Part shown: positions 62,624 to 64,000 of the stretch, piece by piece
Numbering within the stretch: the stretch's first letter is position 1
Layout: each line of letters opens with the position of its first letter
Assembly (NCBI RefSeq): GCF_006345805.1
Contig: NC_043008.1
Coordinates: 68,076,001 to 68,140,000, forward strand
Length of the DNA stretch: 64,000 nucleotides
Reading direction: 5' to 3'
Source: Octopus sinensis
Lineage: Eukaryota
Notes under the pieces: model-generated
Seen by the model: the letters and a program-made list of their open reading frames with translations, nothing else
What the model was told of the DNA's origin: nothing
The model's database searches: none
Made by a program: the position numbers and the translations under genes

Positions 62624-62918
62624 TTAACTGTCCTCGCGACCCCCTTCGTATCTACGATGGGGCCATGAACTATACGGTGAAAATCCAGAGTTACTAGTGG
62701 TCAGTGAATTTTTAATAAAAATGCGAAGGTGGTTTATCAATTCAAAAATCGATATCCACGAAATAATCATACTTTCTGATATTTCAATACTAAAAACCTC
62801 CCTGACGATCGTCTTTGTAAACCCGAAAAATATCGTAATCACTGGTCCAGTCGTCTGGCCGAGAAGAGGCAACAGACAAAAAGACGAACAGACGGATATA
62901 ACGCCCATTATAGTAAGA
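62624..62918 (-). mobile_element. Non-autonomous Helitron inserted in the Penelope tail
   Basis: A|TCTTACTATAATG 5' end, subterminal hairpin CCCC.TCGT/ACGA.GGGG, degenerate 3' end TTAA|T and no TSD. Confidence 0.7.
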
Positions 62919-64000
62919 TTATGATTATTACGTGACTCTGAGCTTCCTGAAACAGCTGTCGAGTTACGAAATTACATATTTTCATATTTTTCAGTATTTT
63001 TCTTTTGCCCTCTGTGTAAATATGTTTGTGTATTAATAAATGTAGATGCATGTATTTGTGTGTGTGTGTGTGTGTGTGAAGCCTAATTGTTTATCTGTAT
63101 TGCTCCCTCTATATCAGCCCATTTGGGATTTCTTTTACGGCCACTCTTGAAACCTTGGGTTTCGCCCTGAATGAAGAATTCGCAAGTTCAAATTTATTTG
63201 ATCACTACGATGTCTTTTCTAAATTGAGCTTATGTAGCTCTCGTCTATTGTGTGTACACATTCACATAAGTAGATAGATAGATATAGCAATCTTAATTCA
63301 TCTAATTGAGACATTTAATTACTGAGAATGGACGAATCAACAGGTAGTATGCGTGTTTTTATACTTATGAAAGAGATGAGAAATAACGTCGACAAGTTAT
63401 TTATAACTTAATATAACTTGTTTGCGCGTGGATGTATGTATCTATTTGTCTGTTTGGGAATTTGTATGTGTGTGTGTGTGTATGAAAGGGAGAGGGAGTA
63501 CGGTTTGAGTTATATCTAAGTACAACTTTTATATAAATATATACATAAATGTAGGTATATATGTGTACATTTTCCTTTATTTCGTTCGCTATTTAAGTCT
63601 ATGTAAGCATAGTAATGTTTAGCCATACGTAATTAAAGTGAGCGTAACTTGAATTATTATGGCCATTATAATACGTTCAATTAATCTAGACTAGATCCGT
63701 TTCGAGGAAAGGTAAACATCGTCGAACAATTATACAATTACCTACACACTACATAATACACAACTGTTTCATTTTTAAAAGTCCGTCCTGCTCCACTTCG
63801 CAGACATAAACAGCAACATTTTTAAAAGTTCGTTGCTTTCTTACTAATCTCTCTCCACCACCAACATTCTCCTATAGTCACCACTAAAACTTATTTCTAG
63901 ACACACAGAGACAATACAATGGAGAAAATGTGACGTCCCGACGGCCACACTACATTAAATATTATGGTAAACTATAGCATGTTTGTGTGTGTAGTGAGGT

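Noticed and set aside
63145-63205. GAAACCTTGGGTTTC...CTGAATGAAGAATT hammerhead-like mix
   Set aside because: No type I, II or III topology gives a stem I, and the core has an insertion and a deletion.

Overview
AT-rich animal genomic DNA that is almost entirely decayed transposable elements and microsatellites. The SINE, RTE and MITE families look like those I recall from Octopus; this species call is from memory and was not checked. No complete host gene can be read, and most ORFs in the supplied track are microsatellite or TE artefacts. TE content includes RTE, R4/Dong and Tx1 LINE remnants, two Neptune-like Penelope fragments (RT at ~27.2-29.2 kb, GIY-YIG at ~62 kb), full-length but decayed Tc1, mariner and hAT elements, a solo LTR, Helitron/Helentron-type elements, several MITEs and dozens of tRNA-SINEs. 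The most notable hidden layer is a set of about nine minimal type-I hammerhead ribozyme motifs from unrelated Penelope-type tails. One (30645-30694) keeps every conserved core base. Another lies in an element that joins a tRNA B-box head to a hammerhead tail (26872-27160). Also notable are a 5S rRNA fragment fused to a tRNA-SINE inside one shared target-site duplication, a PHD finger embedded in RTE reverse transcriptases, a GC-rich intron-containing hAT transposase, and a 680-bp templated duplication. Two CpG-retaining islands (~42.4-45.7 kb and ~58.8-64 kb) with weak minus-strand exon candidates hint that the window lies inside a large host gene. All alignments and folds were done by eye; coordinates without a TSD or TIR anchor are approximate.
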